Origin: Spirochaetia bacterium
GTDB lineage: Bacteria; Spirochaetota; Spirochaetia; DSM-2461
Direction of reading: 5' to 3'
NCBI GenBank assembly: GCA_963666985.2
Contig: CAXXIA010000001.1
Span: 320,001 to 384,000 of the forward strand
DNA: 64,000 bases
Below, piece after piece: positions 28,744-38,570 of the stretch; positions within the stretch are counted from its first letter, which is position 1; each line of letters begins with the position of its first letter. Position numbers and translations under genes: made by a program. Below the pieces are notes generated by a model. That model worked only from the letters and a program-made list of their open reading frames with translations, searched no databases and was not told where the DNA came from.

Positions 28744-28777
28744 CGCGGATTCCGGTTTTTTACACCCGGGATCCGCG
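28744..28777. terminator. Stem-loop between convergent genes
   Basis: CGCGGATTCCGG/CCGGGATCCGCG, 12-bp stem with one G-U pair. Confidence 0.55.
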
Positions 28778-28787
28778 GGATTCCCGA

Positions 28788-30212
28788 TTATCCCGTAATA
28801 CGGCCTTTCGATCCGGAATACACATGATGCGCCATTCGGCCGACGCCGTTGAGGCTTGTTATCAGAAGGAGAATCCCGCATCCTTCCGTGGCCAAATCGG
28901 CAAGGGTTTGCATTAAATCCCTCCGGGAACGTTCGGGCAGAATGATTCCCGGCTGTTCAACAACGACGACTTTCGGCCTGAAGAAGCGAAGCATCTGGAA
29001 CGCCACTGAAAATTGGACATGTTCGGTTTGAGTTTCCAGGGGGCGATTGAACGTTTGACGGTCGAGTGAAAGCCTTGCCTGCAAATCCTCTCCGAGAAAG
29101 TTTCTTATTCGGGGATTCACCGTACCCGGACGGCGTAATTTATCGGGAATCGCCAACAGGATATTGTCCAACGGACTTAAGCAGGGAATCGTCAGTTCCC
29201 TGGCGTCTTTCGGAACCAGAAAAATGGAGTTTTTTCGGAGGGACGCCTTCGTATGCAGGTTCGGATAATTGTTTCCAACTTTAATCCTGCCGCTGAAGTT
29301 CTCTTTTCCCCTCATAATGTCCATAACGACATCGTTAATACTGTGATCCGTATCCAGAAGGGCAATGATTTCTCCTTCATGTATCAGAAGGTTCAGAGAT
29401 TCGATGGTTGCCGCCCTTATGTTTTCCCACGACATTACTTCTTTATTCCCCGCTGTCGGTCCGGGTGCCGAATGTTCAATCGTCCCTCCGACAAGGGCTG
29501 TGAGAATTGGTTGAATATCATTGCCGCTTTCCGGTGAATCGACATTCAGTACGGTCCTTCCGGATTGTACGACAAGAAGTCTATCCGATCTGGGAGCAAG
29601 ATCGGCCGCGTCATGTCCCAGCAGAACAACCGAAATCCCATCGTCGTTCAGCTCTCGAAGAATAACTCCAAGCTCCGATTTTTCCTGCTCGTTGCAGAAG
29701 GAAAAGCAATCCTCCATAACGATGATTTCGGCTTCCTGCCACAGCATTCTGCATAGCAGGAGTTTGATTCTCTCGAAAAATCGCAAGTTCCGAGTGTCTT
29801 TTGAAACCAGCGGCGTAATTTCAAGTTTCCGAAGGAGAGGAGCGACGGATTTCGACTTCTTTCGCTCCTTTACCCACTGAAAGGGAGCATCGACTTGATC
29901 GAAAAGCGTGATGTTGTCGATTACGCTTAATGAGGTGATCAGAGACGCGTTGCAGTCGATACAGGAGATGCCCGATTCGCTATTCCGGATCTTTTCTCGA
30001 TACGTTGTCGGTTGTTCTTTGAACCAAATCCTGCCGCCGTCGATAGGCAGTTTCCCGTTGAGCAGGGAAAACAGCGCGGTGCGTTCAAGTTCGGACATCG
30101 TGAGGATTCCTAGTGTTTCTCCTTTAAAAACACGGAGTCTGAAACCGTTTAAAACCGGAGCCTGTTTATACCGGCAGAAGATATGTTCCAGGCGGAGAAG
30201 TTCTTGTTTCAT
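28788..30212 (-). CDS. RbsA/MglA-like tandem-NBD protein with degenerate catalytic motifs (ABC pseudo-ATPase)
   Basis: Colinear with sugar ABC ATPases (LLRLEHI, KGETLGI, GRIWF, LSVIDNI, GISVVLLGHD, DRLLVV, HEGEIIAL, LVPKD, GILLLITS). Walker A, signature and Walker B motifs are replaced in both halves. The frame is intact. Confidence 0.8.
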   Translation of the reverse strand: MKQELLRLEHIFCRYKQAPVLNGFRLRVFKGETLGILTMSELERTALFSLLNGKLPIDGGRIWFKEQPTTYREKIRNSESGISCIDCNASLITSLSVIDNITLFDQVDAPFQWVKERKKSKSVAPLLRKLEITPLVSKDTRNLRFFERIKLLLCRMLWQEAEIIVMEDCFSFCNEQEKSELGVILRELNDDGISVVLLGHDAADLAPRSDRLLVVQSGRTVLNVDSPESGNDIQPILTALVGGTIEHSAPGPTAGNKEVMSWENIRAATIESLNLLIHEGEIIALLDTDHSINDVVMDIMRGKENFSGRIKVGNNYPNLHTKASLRKNSIFLVPKDARELTIPCLSPLDNILLAIPDKLRRPGTVNPRIRNFLGEDLQARLSLDRQTFNRPLETQTEHVQFSVAFQMLRFFRPKVVVVEQPGIILPERSRRDLMQTLADLATEGCGILLLITSLNGVGRMAHHVYSGSKGRITG

Positions 30213-31156
30213 ACCGGTTTTTCCGAGAGAACCGTGCGCGATGTCATCTTCGGAAGCGTAATTTCCAATTCGGTTCCCACATCCGGGGCGCTGGAGATTG
30301 AAACTCCGTAGTCGGAACCGAAATACCTGTTGATGCGGGCGTTGATATTGAAAATAGCGATGCCGGAATGAGTGGAGTCTTCTTCCGTTCCGGCATGAAG
30401 CGGTATCACTTGAGTTTCCTGAAGCCGTGTATTGATGCGGGCCAGTGTTTCGATATCGATGCCCACGCCGTCGTCCACCACCCGTATCAGCAGAGATTTC
30501 TCCGTACAGGCAAGACGAATTTCGACATTCCCCGGCCCGCTTCGAAGCTCAAGGCCGTGATAGACGGCATTTTCCACCGCCGGCTGAATCATCAGTTTCG
30601 GGACGAGACAATCGAGAAGACCGGCGTCTTCCTCTTCGTTGACGATTGTTAACCGGAAACGTTCATCGAATCGGTATTTCAGAATTTTGAAATAGAGTTC
30701 CACATAACGAAGTTCATCGGAAAGCCGCACCAGGTTCCCTTTGCTGCCGACGCCGTATCGGAAAAAAAGGGAGAGAGTTTCGGCCATTTCGGCTATTTCC
30801 TCTTTGCCGTCCCAGAGTGCCTGACCTCGAATGGATTCCAGGGTATTCGAAAGAAAGTGGGGATTAATCTGACTCTGAAGCGCGGCTATTTCGGCTCTTT
30901 TAATCTCCAGTTCCATAAGAGCATCCTGTTCTTCGGCGGCTTTATTCGGCTGCCGGGAAAAGCGATCCCCCGAGGCTCGACGAATGAACGCCGCGGACGT
31001 GCAGACAAATGCGAGGAGAACGAGTGTCGCGGCGATATAACCGGAAACGCCGTGGACCAATCGCCAGCAGCCGATTCCGTACCCGATCGATCCCGTGAGT
31101 ACAATCACCGCAAACCGTGTGATCCATTTTTTTTCTGCGGGCGGGAAACGGATCAC
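30209..31156 (-). CDS. YesM/LytS-type histidine kinase with two short TM helices and no extracellular sensor domain
   Basis: ALQSQINPHFLSNTLE, IQPAVENAVYHG, DDGVG, SGIAIFNI. The two N-terminal hydrophobic segments are joined by a very short loop. Confidence 0.93.
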   Translation of the reverse strand: MIRFPPAEKKWITRFAVIVLTGSIGYGIGCWRLVHGVSGYIAATLVLLAFVCTSAAFIRRASGDRFSRQPNKAAEEQDALMELEIKRAEIAALQSQINPHFLSNTLESIRGQALWDGKEEIAEMAETLSLFFRYGVGSKGNLVRLSDELRYVELYFKILKYRFDERFRLTIVNEEEDAGLLDCLVPKLMIQPAVENAVYHGLELRSGPGNVEIRLACTEKSLLIRVVDDGVGIDIETLARINTRLQETQVIPLHAGTEEDSTHSGIAIFNINARINRYFGSDYGVSISSAPDVGTELEITLPKMTSRTVLSEKPV

Positions 31157-32763
31157 TGATAGATCCTGCGATATTCTCCGGGAGTGATTCCGATATGTTT
31201 TCGGAAAACCTTGAAAAAGTACTTTGCTTCCGGATATCCCACTTCCCTGGCCACTTGGGCCAGGGTGGATCTTTCCGTACGGAGAGCTTCCTTAGCCGCC
31301 TCGATTCTTCTTTGGGTAAGATAGTCGGAAAACAATATGCCGGTTTCCTTCTTAAAGAGGGTTCCAAGATACGTTGGGTTCATTTGGAAACGGGAAGCCA
31401 TGTCTTCGAGATGGATCGGACTGGCATAATGCACATCGATGTATTCCCGGATTTTCCTTACGGGCAAGCTCTCCCTGGCGTGTCTTTCCCTTTCAATTCG
31501 GCGCATTGTTCCGCAAAGGGGTTCTCTTGCCGCATTCAGAATGTCTTGCGGTGAATCGGCGTGGCGGAAGCCGTCATAGAGCCCCTCGAAGATATTTTTT
31601 CGAATCGCGGAAACGGTATTTTCAGGAAGAGCCCGAAGAAAACGGTCACAGAGTTCTTCCGCGGCGGCGTGAAGAAATCTTCCCGGTGTTTCGCCGCTTA
31701 TTTTCCCGATAAAAACATCGAGCCATGTTTCGAAGGCTTCATAATCCAGTGTCTCGGCGAAATTCGCCATGCTTTTTATTTCCGCCGGGTCCAGTCCTGA
31801 ATAGTCCTTATACACCGCGGCTCCTTTACAGAATACCGCCTCGTTTTTCGCCCTCTCGCGGCGGTCTCTGACCGATGCGATCGCCGAGCGGATCGACCGA
31901 AGCCAGGAAAGGGCGCCCGAGCCTTTGGGGCCAATGCCGATGATGATGCCGCCGCCGCCGAGAGGTTCGAGACGAATAAGCAGATTTTCAGCGAATTCCT
32001 TCAGACCGGATGAAACGTTTTCTTCTTCCGAATCCTCATAGCGCAGCAGCATGGCAATCCCTTCCATCGCCGCGCCGCTGTGGAAATCGAGACAGTTCCT
32101 GCCGACAACCCGCTGGGATATGTCGATAAATTTCTCTTCCAAATTCGAGAGAAACGAAAGTTCCTGTTCCTCATTCTTTACCGACAGTCCGCTGACCGCG
32201 AATACGGCTTGAAAAATTCCGCGGTTTGAAACCTCCCGGTCGAATTCTTCACACAGCTGATTGATGCCGGAATCATTCGGATTGTTGCAGGCCTGGAGAA
32301 TCCGCTCCATCACATCTTTTTTATAACGATCCCGACTGACCGCGAGCTGCTGTTCAAGAGCCTTCTCCGGGCTGATTGAGCGGAGCCGACTGCCGATTTT
32401 CTTCAGCGTTCGGTTCAGTTCTTCTTTCTGCAGGGGTTTGAGGATGTAGTCATCAACATCCAGTTTGAGGGCCTTCCGGGCGTAATCAAACTCACGATGT
32501 CCGGAAATAACGACGAATCGTGTTTTGGCACCCGTGGATTTATGCCGGCGGATCAGTTCCAAACCGTCGATACCCGGCATCCGGATGTCGGTAACGACAA
32601 TATCGGGCTTCAGTTTGCTGATTTGATCCAGAGCTTCAAGACCATCCTGGGAATTCCCGATCTCCACCATGTTGAGTTCGGCCCAGTCGACAAGCATGTG
32701 GATTAATTTATACCCTTTCGGCTCATCTTCCGCGATGAAAACCCGAATCGGTTCGGAATTCAT
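31153..32763 (-). CDS. YesN-type response regulator (REC + AraC HTH)
   Basis: IAEDE, VVTDIRMPGIDG, YILKP; C-terminal YLGTLFKKETG...VGY.EAKYF..VF....GITPGEYR. Confidence 0.96.
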   Translation of the reverse strand: MNSEPIRVFIAEDEPKGYKLIHMLVDWAELNMVEIGNSQDGLEALDQISKLKPDIVVTDIRMPGIDGLELIRRHKSTGAKTRFVVISGHREFDYARKALKLDVDDYILKPLQKEELNRTLKKIGSRLRSISPEKALEQQLAVSRDRYKKDVMERILQACNNPNDSGINQLCEEFDREVSNRGIFQAVFAVSGLSVKNEEQELSFLSNLEEKFIDISQRVVGRNCLDFHSGAAMEGIAMLLRYEDSEEENVSSGLKEFAENLLIRLEPLGGGGIIIGIGPKGSGALSWLRSIRSAIASVRDRRERAKNEAVFCKGAAVYKDYSGLDPAEIKSMANFAETLDYEAFETWLDVFIGKISGETPGRFLHAAAEELCDRFLRALPENTVSAIRKNIFEGLYDGFRHADSPQDILNAAREPLCGTMRRIERERHARESLPVRKIREYIDVHYASPIHLEDMASRFQMNPTYLGTLFKKETGILFSDYLTQRRIEAAKEALRTERSTLAQVAREVGYPEAKYFFKVFRKHIGITPGEYRRIYQ

Positions 32764-32856
32764 GATCGGAATATACCATAAGGGAAGGAAAAAGAGACCC
32801 GTTCCGGTCCGGGGAAACGGAGGAAGAAGGCAAGGTTCTCCCTCCGCACCGCAGAT

Positions 32857-33840
32857 TTATACACGAAAGAGTCTTTCTGCGTTCTTGTGGTAGATCATCT
32901 CTTTCTCTTCATCGGTTGCATCAGATTCTTCAATGCAGGAAATACCCGTTTCCATGGAGGAAAGAGGATAATCACAGCCGAAGAGGATATGATCGATGCC
33001 CATGGCCGAGATGGCGCATCGGAGCGTTTCCGGATTATATTCGCCGCTTGTGCTCACATACAGGTTCCGTTTGATGTAGAACGACGGTTCCCGGGTAATC
33101 CGGCCTTTTGAGAGGTAATCGGTTTTGTCCGAGCCTTCGTCGATGCGTCGGAGAAGATACGGCAGAGTCTCTCCGAGGTGGCCGAGAATGAGTTTCGCGC
33201 CCGGGTGCCGTTCGAAGACACCGCCGAAAACAATCCTCAGAGCATGGGTGGTTCCTTCGGCGGCCCAGTTCCACGCCGGGCCGAGCATTTCGGTGTAATC
33301 TCCATAGGCTTCGATTTGATCCGCCGCCGGATGGCCGACATGCAGATACAGAGGAACATCCAATTCTTCCAAAGAGGCCCAAACATCATCAAACTGCATT
33401 TCATCGAGATATTCGAAGTTCGAATGTCCCTGAATCATCACCCCGACGAAGCCGAGTTCTTTTACGCAGCGTTCCAGTTCCATAACGGCCGCGGCCGGAT
33501 CCTGCAGCGGAAGTGTTCCGAAAGCCCGGAAACGGCCGGGATATTCCGAGGCCAGCGAAGCGGTAATATCGTTGTACAGCTTGGCGGCTTCCACCGCTTT
33601 TACGGCATTATCGAAACCTTGCGCGGCCGGCCACATGGCCGAGATAATCTGCATGTCGATTCCGTTTGAATCCATGGAAGGAATACGGTGTTCACCGAAA
33701 GGCTTGTCGCTCAGAGATAATTTCGTTTCCACGAATTTTTTCCCCATAATGTCCGGGAACGCCATCTTCTTTTCCCATTCTTTCATCTGAACCAGCATTT
33801 CTTTTGTTGAAAAATGTTCTTCTATCGCGATTTTTTTCAC
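32857..33840 (-). CDS. Amidohydrolase-2 family protein, gamma-resorcylate/2,3-dihydroxybenzoate decarboxylase-like
   Basis: KIAIEEHF, PLYLH, ILGHLGETLP, FGCDYP. Start at GTG 33840 with SD AGGAG. Confidence 0.85.
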   Translation of the reverse strand: MKKIAIEEHFSTKEMLVQMKEWEKKMAFPDIMGKKFVETKLSLSDKPFGEHRIPSMDSNGIDMQIISAMWPAAQGFDNAVKAVEAAKLYNDITASLASEYPGRFRAFGTLPLQDPAAAVMELERCVKELGFVGVMIQGHSNFEYLDEMQFDDVWASLEELDVPLYLHVGHPAADQIEAYGDYTEMLGPAWNWAAEGTTHALRIVFGGVFERHPGAKLILGHLGETLPYLLRRIDEGSDKTDYLSKGRITREPSFYIKRNLYVSTSGEYNPETLRCAISAMGIDHILFGCDYPLSSMETGISCIEESDATDEEKEMIYHKNAERLFRV

Positions 33841-33883
33841 CTGATTTCTCCTGTAATTATGTGATTCATAAGCTTCAATTTCC

Positions 33884-34912
33884 CTATTGTGCGCTGTTCG
33901 CGGAAGGAGCATGACCTTTGACGAGTTTTGCCTTTCGAATAATGCTTTTCGCCTGATGGGAATCCATGGCTATGGCCGTAACCAGCACCAAGCCCTTTAC
34001 CATATATTGAGGATACACATCGAGCTGCATCATCTGCATCCCGTTGGTGATGACCGTAAGAATCAGAACACCGATGACGACGCTGGAGATTTTTCCGCCG
34101 CCGCCGCCCATCCTGATGCCGCCGAGCATGGCGCCGGCGATAAGGGTGAATTCGGTTCCCGGCCCCATCGAAGAGGTGGAAGAGCCCGACCGGGCGATAA
34201 AGACAATCGTTCCCAGGGCGGTAAAGAAACCCGCGATGGTGTAGACGATAATGCGTATTTTTTGAATATTCACGCCTGAGAGTTCCACGGCCTCGGCGTT
34301 GCTGCCCAGTCCGTAGATATAGCGTCCGAAGTAGGTCTTGTTGAGCATGACGGAGCCGAAGGCGACGACAAGAATCATAATGATGATCGCCACCGGAATC
34401 GGTCCGACATACCCTTGCCCGAGAACCCTGAACTGTTCCGGGAAATTGAAGTATGTCTGGGAGGATGAGATCATGAAAGAGGCTCCCATGAACACGTACT
34501 GGGTCGCCAGAGTGATGATGAACGGAAAAACACCCAGCCAAACATAAAGTAGGCCGTTCATGAGCGACATGGCGCAGCCCATAACCAGACCCAAAGGAAT
34601 AATCAGGCCGATCGGCATGCTTGTATGGGTCATCAGATGCCCGAGGACCACACCGATTAAGGACATCTGATATCCGATGGAAAGATCGATTCCTCCCGAA
34701 AGCATAATCAGGGCGACTCCGACACCGACGATGATGAGATAAGAAGCCTGATTGAGAATGTTGCGCAGGTTTATCGCGGTTAAAAAACGGTCCGACTGCA
34801 ATGAAAAAACAACGATCAACACCAGAAGCACGAAGTACATGATGTGGTCTCTGATAAACGTTGTTATATGTTTGCCCGTTTCGTTCGGCTTTTTATCGAC
34901 AAGCGGATTCAT
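33884..34912 (-). CDS. Sugar-type (CUT2) ABC transporter permease
   Basis: GGIDLSIG, FGRYIYGLGSN, EFTLIAGAMLGG. Start at ATG 34912 (SD GGAGGGAG). Confidence 0.94.
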   Translation of the reverse strand: MNPLVDKKPNETGKHITTFIRDHIMYFVLLVLIVVFSLQSDRFLTAINLRNILNQASYLIIVGVGVALIMLSGGIDLSIGYQMSLIGVVLGHLMTHTSMPIGLIIPLGLVMGCAMSLMNGLLYVWLGVFPFIITLATQYVFMGASFMISSSQTYFNFPEQFRVLGQGYVGPIPVAIIIMILVVAFGSVMLNKTYFGRYIYGLGSNAEAVELSGVNIQKIRIIVYTIAGFFTALGTIVFIARSGSSTSSMGPGTEFTLIAGAMLGGIRMGGGGGKISSVVIGVLILTVITNGMQMMQLDVYPQYMVKGLVLVTAIAMDSHQAKSIIRKAKLVKGHAPSANSAQ

Positions 34913-36419
34913 ACTTTTTTTCTCCCTCCAATGCGGCGGCCCCGCCTCCGGAAGCCATGTTGAGAATGTATTCCTGTGTGAAGTAATCTTTCGGAACTTC
35001 ACCGACGAATTCTTTTTCGTGAAGAACGACGATTCTGTCGGACATGCCCAGCAGCTCTTCCATATCCGAGGTGATCATAATGATGCATTTCCCTTCGGCG
35101 CACAGATCATTCATGAGCGCGTACATCTCATGCTTCGCGCCGACATCGATCCCCCTGGTCGGTTCATCGAAAACCAGGATGCTCGTATCCGCCGCAAGGG
35201 TTTTCGCCACCACGACTTTTTGCTGATTCCCTCCGGAGAGATTCAAGACTTTTTGTTTCATGTTCGGTGTTTTTATACTCAGCTGCCGAATATACTCCTT
35301 CGCCAGATCCTGCTCTTTTTTCGTATTGACAAGGAGCATTCGGGCAAGTTTTCTAACGGCCGCGAAAACAATGTTCCAGGAGACACCATTCATGAGAAAG
35401 CATCCGTCACGCTTTCGGTCTTCCGGAACCAAACCGATGCCGTATTTCAGGGCATCGGAAGGGGATGTGATGTCCGCCGGTTTACCGTCGACAAGAATTT
35501 CACCCCATTGACGCCGTTCGGCTCCGTATACGACTCTCATTATTTCGGATCGGCCGGCGCCGACGAGACCGGCCATTCCCAGGATTTCTCCCTTTCTTGC
35601 TTTGAAGGAAACGTTTTTCACTCCGTTCCCGGTCAGATTTTTCAGTTCCAGGGCGACGGGTCCCGGCGGCGTCTTTCTAACAGGGTATGTTTCCGCCAGT
35701 TCACGTCCGACCATATCGCATATCAGTTCACTGCGGCATGTGTCCGCAACATTTTTTGTCACAACGAATTCGCCATCTCTGAATACGGTTACCCTGTCCG
35801 CTATTCGGAATATTTCATCCAGTCGATGGGATATATAAATGATGGTGACACCTTCTTTTTTCAGCTGTGTGACGATGTCCATAAGAATGGCAATTTCCGC
35901 GGCCGTCAGCGGCGCGGTCGGTTCATCCATAATGAGGATTCCGGCGTTTTTTGAGACGGCTTTGGCGATTTCAACAATCTGCCGTTTCGCGCTGCTTAAC
36001 GACCTGACGGGTGTTCTCGGATCAATATCCACTTTGAATCGTTCAAAAATCGCCGAAGCGACCTTGTTCATTTCCCGCTGATTGACGAAATGTCCGTATT
36101 TTTTCCCCAGGCAGATATTTTCGGCCGCCGAGAGAAGGTCTATCAGATTGTATTCCTGGTAAATAGCTTCGATACCGTTGGAGCGGGCCTGCGCCGGCGA
36201 AATACCGGCGTAGGTTTTACCGGAAACGGTAATTGTTCCGCTCTCCGGGCGCACCGCGCCGGTAATCACCTTAATGAAGGTGGACTTCCCGGCTCCGTTT
36301 TCTCCCACAATCGCGTGTATTTCACCTTTGCGGAAATCTACGGAAATTTCATTCAGCGCGACGACGCCCGGATAGATCTTAACTATTCTCTCCAGAGATA
36401 AAATTGTATCAGTTTCCAT
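34893..36419 (-). CDS. Sugar-type ABC transporter ATP-binding protein (intact)
   Basis: GENGAGKST, LIMDEPT, LSGGNQQKV, FDEPTRG. Confidence 0.97.
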   Translation of the reverse strand: METDTILSLERIVKIYPGVVALNEISVDFRKGEIHAIVGENGAGKSTFIKVITGAVRPESGTITVSGKTYAGISPAQARSNGIEAIYQEYNLIDLLSAAENICLGKKYGHFVNQREMNKVASAIFERFKVDIDPRTPVRSLSSAKRQIVEIAKAVSKNAGILIMDEPTAPLTAAEIAILMDIVTQLKKEGVTIIYISHRLDEIFRIADRVTVFRDGEFVVTKNVADTCRSELICDMVGRELAETYPVRKTPPGPVALELKNLTGNGVKNVSFKARKGEILGMAGLVGAGRSEIMRVVYGAERRQWGEILVDGKPADITSPSDALKYGIGLVPEDRKRDGCFLMNGVSWNIVFAAVRKLARMLLVNTKKEQDLAKEYIRQLSIKTPNMKQKVLNLSGGNQQKVVVAKTLAADTSILVFDEPTRGIDVGAKHEMYALMNDLCAEGKCIIMITSDMEELLGMSDRIVVLHEKEFVGEVPKDYFTQEYILNMASGGGAAALEGEKKYESACR

Positions 36420-36452
36420 GTTCGCTATCCCTGTGAAAGAAAGAACTCATAA

Positions 36453-37550
36453 TCAGTTCATCAGGAAGTTGTTTTCAGGATTGTCAATCAGGAAGTCGTA
36501 TCCGATGGCATCCACCGTCCAAATGTCGTCAAGAACCCAGAAAGGGGTTTCCGCTTCACCGAACAGAATACGCTTGGTTACCTGGAAGAGCCCTTCGGCC
36601 ATGAAGACCTTCACCTTCTGACCATGAGTTCCGTAATTGCACGATCCCCGAAGGATGCTTTTGTTTCCTTTGGAACTTTCAATCAGGGGTTTGGAGGTTC
36701 CGTCCGAGTAGCTTCCGGCAAACACGGCATATTTCGACAAATCCAGATTTGGCTGAGATGTAATAAAGTTATTGACGCCGACGGCCGGAGCCTCCTGGAA
36801 CGACAGGAAAAGCTTAATCTGGGGATCCATGGTCATGGCTTCTTCGGCGGCGTTATAGCCCAAATCGATTGAATTATGAGCCTTGGCCGTATAGGTAACC
36901 TGTATCCGCGGATCTTCAGCGGCCGCGGCTATCATGGCATCATAAACCTGCTTGAAGATGAAGGTGTTGTTGAATCCGATAACCGCGGCGTGGATATCTC
37001 CTTCTTTGGCATCCGGGTAGTTTTGATCGATCCAAAGCGACCCCATCTTGGCCACCTGTTTTCCGAGTTCCGAGTATTCTACGGCGGCGCCTCCGGAGAG
37101 CTGATCGTAATAAGCCGGATACTGTCCGTTGAACACAACGGGGATTCCGGCATCCATGGCCTGCAGACAAACGGATTTAACGGCTCCCTGATCAATGGGT
37201 GCGCAGATGATGAGATCGACGCCCATGGAAATGAAGTTTTCCATATGGGAAATCATCAGGGAATTGTCTCCCTCGCAGGCCATGACGCTGACATCAACAC
37301 CCAATTCCTGCAAATTTTTTTGAATGTAATCCACCGTCATTTTCAGGAAGGGATTGGAAAGAGTGTTGACGGCGTAACCGACGGTTACGGTTTCTCCGGC
37401 ATCAAGCTTTTCCTGAACGGTTTTTACGGCCTGATTAGCGGCGGTCCCGTTTTTCGAAGCGGACTCCGATTTCTCTTGGGAACATCCGATAAAGCAGCAC
37501 AGCAGCAGGATCGGAATGAGCCCGAGCAGTACACGTCCATTGCTTTTCAT
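36453..37550 (-). CDS. Sugar-type ABC transporter substrate-binding lipoprotein
   Basis: Lipobox FIGC; TLSNPF, GVDLIICAP, AGIPVV (class I binding fold); divergent C-terminal half. Confidence 0.88.
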   Translation of the reverse strand: MKSNGRVLLGLIPILLLCCFIGCSQEKSESASKNGTAANQAVKTVQEKLDAGETVTVGYAVNTLSNPFLKMTVDYIQKNLQELGVDVSVMACEGDNSLMISHMENFISMGVDLIICAPIDQGAVKSVCLQAMDAGIPVVFNGQYPAYYDQLSGGAAVEYSELGKQVAKMGSLWIDQNYPDAKEGDIHAAVIGFNNTFIFKQVYDAMIAAAAEDPRIQVTYTAKAHNSIDLGYNAAEEAMTMDPQIKLFLSFQEAPAVGVNNFITSQPNLDLSKYAVFAGSYSDGTSKPLIESSKGNKSILRGSCNYGTHGQKVKVFMAEGLFQVTKRILFGEAETPFWVLDDIWTVDAIGYDFLIDNPENNFLMN

Positions 37551-37572
37551 TTTTGTCTCCTTATGCGTTTTG

Positions 37573-38535
37573 TTATATTTTCAGCAAACGCTGAGCGTTT
37601 CGCCGAAATATTTGCTTTTTTTCATCCTCGGGAATGGTCATCTTTTCCACCGATTCGATCGTCAGAGGGATTTCTTTGGGAGTCATTGCGGGAAAATCGG
37701 TCGCGTAGACCATTCTGTCCGGACCGAAAAAGCTGTAGCCCAGTTCCAGGGTGGGTGCCGAATGTCCGTATATGGCGGTATCACCGTAGAACTTGAACAG
37801 GTTTTGATACCAGACTTGTCCCATTTCTCCGCATTTGTTCACCGTGTATGGCGGATCATCGAAATACTGAGCTTTGATTCGTGTATGAAAGGCGGGAACG
37901 AACGCTCCGCAGTGGTGAGTGATGAATTTGATTCCCGGGAACTGTTCGAAAACACCCGAACGGGCAAGAAAAATCATGGCGAGACTGGTATCCAAAGGCC
38001 AATGGAGCATTGTGGCGATATCAAAGGGCTGGGGCAGCGGACCATGGGCAAAAACCGGGTGAATCCAGATAGGAAGATCATAGTCGGCCATCATTTCGTA
38101 GAGGGGAAAGAGACGCTGCGAATCCAGCTGTTCTCCGACGATATTGCTCGATATCTGAATACCTTTCATTCCCAGGTTTTCAACGGCCCGCCGTCCTTCG
38201 GCAAGCGCCGCGCCGATATCCGCCATCGGCAGGGTTGCCGCCGCGGCGATAAAATGGTTTGGAAAGTCCCGAACAAGAGCCGCCATTTCATCATTGGCTA
38301 AGGCCGCAAGATCCGCCGCCGATGACGAATCCGTCATGGATTCCAGATCCGGTCCCATCAATGTGATAACGGATGTATCTCCGGGGGCAACTTCATCCAT
38401 AACTCCGGTACGTTCGATCGGATCGGAGAGAATCGATGCCGGCGGGGAAGGGTGATGGTTGATTTTTCTTTTGTCGAGTTCGCTCAAGTATCGTTTTGGG
38501 AGGACATGAGTAAAAAAGTCGATGTTGCCGGACAT
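37573..38535 (-). CDS. Amidohydrolase-2 family protein (ACMSD-like, IDxFxH variant)
   Basis: IDFFTH, ANDEMA, PIWIHP, ITHHCG, YGDTA, YATDFP. Confidence 0.88.
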   Translation of the reverse strand: MSGNIDFFTHVLPKRYLSELDKRKINHHPSPPASILSDPIERTGVMDEVAPGDTSVITLMGPDLESMTDSSSAADLAALANDEMAALVRDFPNHFIAAAATLPMADIGAALAEGRRAVENLGMKGIQISSNIVGEQLDSQRLFPLYEMMADYDLPIWIHPVFAHGPLPQPFDIATMLHWPLDTSLAMIFLARSGVFEQFPGIKFITHHCGAFVPAFHTRIKAQYFDDPPYTVNKCGEMGQVWYQNLFKFYGDTAIYGHSAPTLELGYSFFGPDRMVYATDFPAMTPKEIPLTIESVEKMTIPEDEKKQIFRRNAQRLLKI

Positions 38536-38570
38536 AGATGTACCTCTGTAATATTTCTGAAAGACGGGTG

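Noticed and set aside
28788..30212. Calling the degenerate ATPase a pseudogene
   Set aside because: It is full length, has no stops or frameshifts and is translationally coupled. Loss is concentrated in catalytic motifs while the structural pattern persists.
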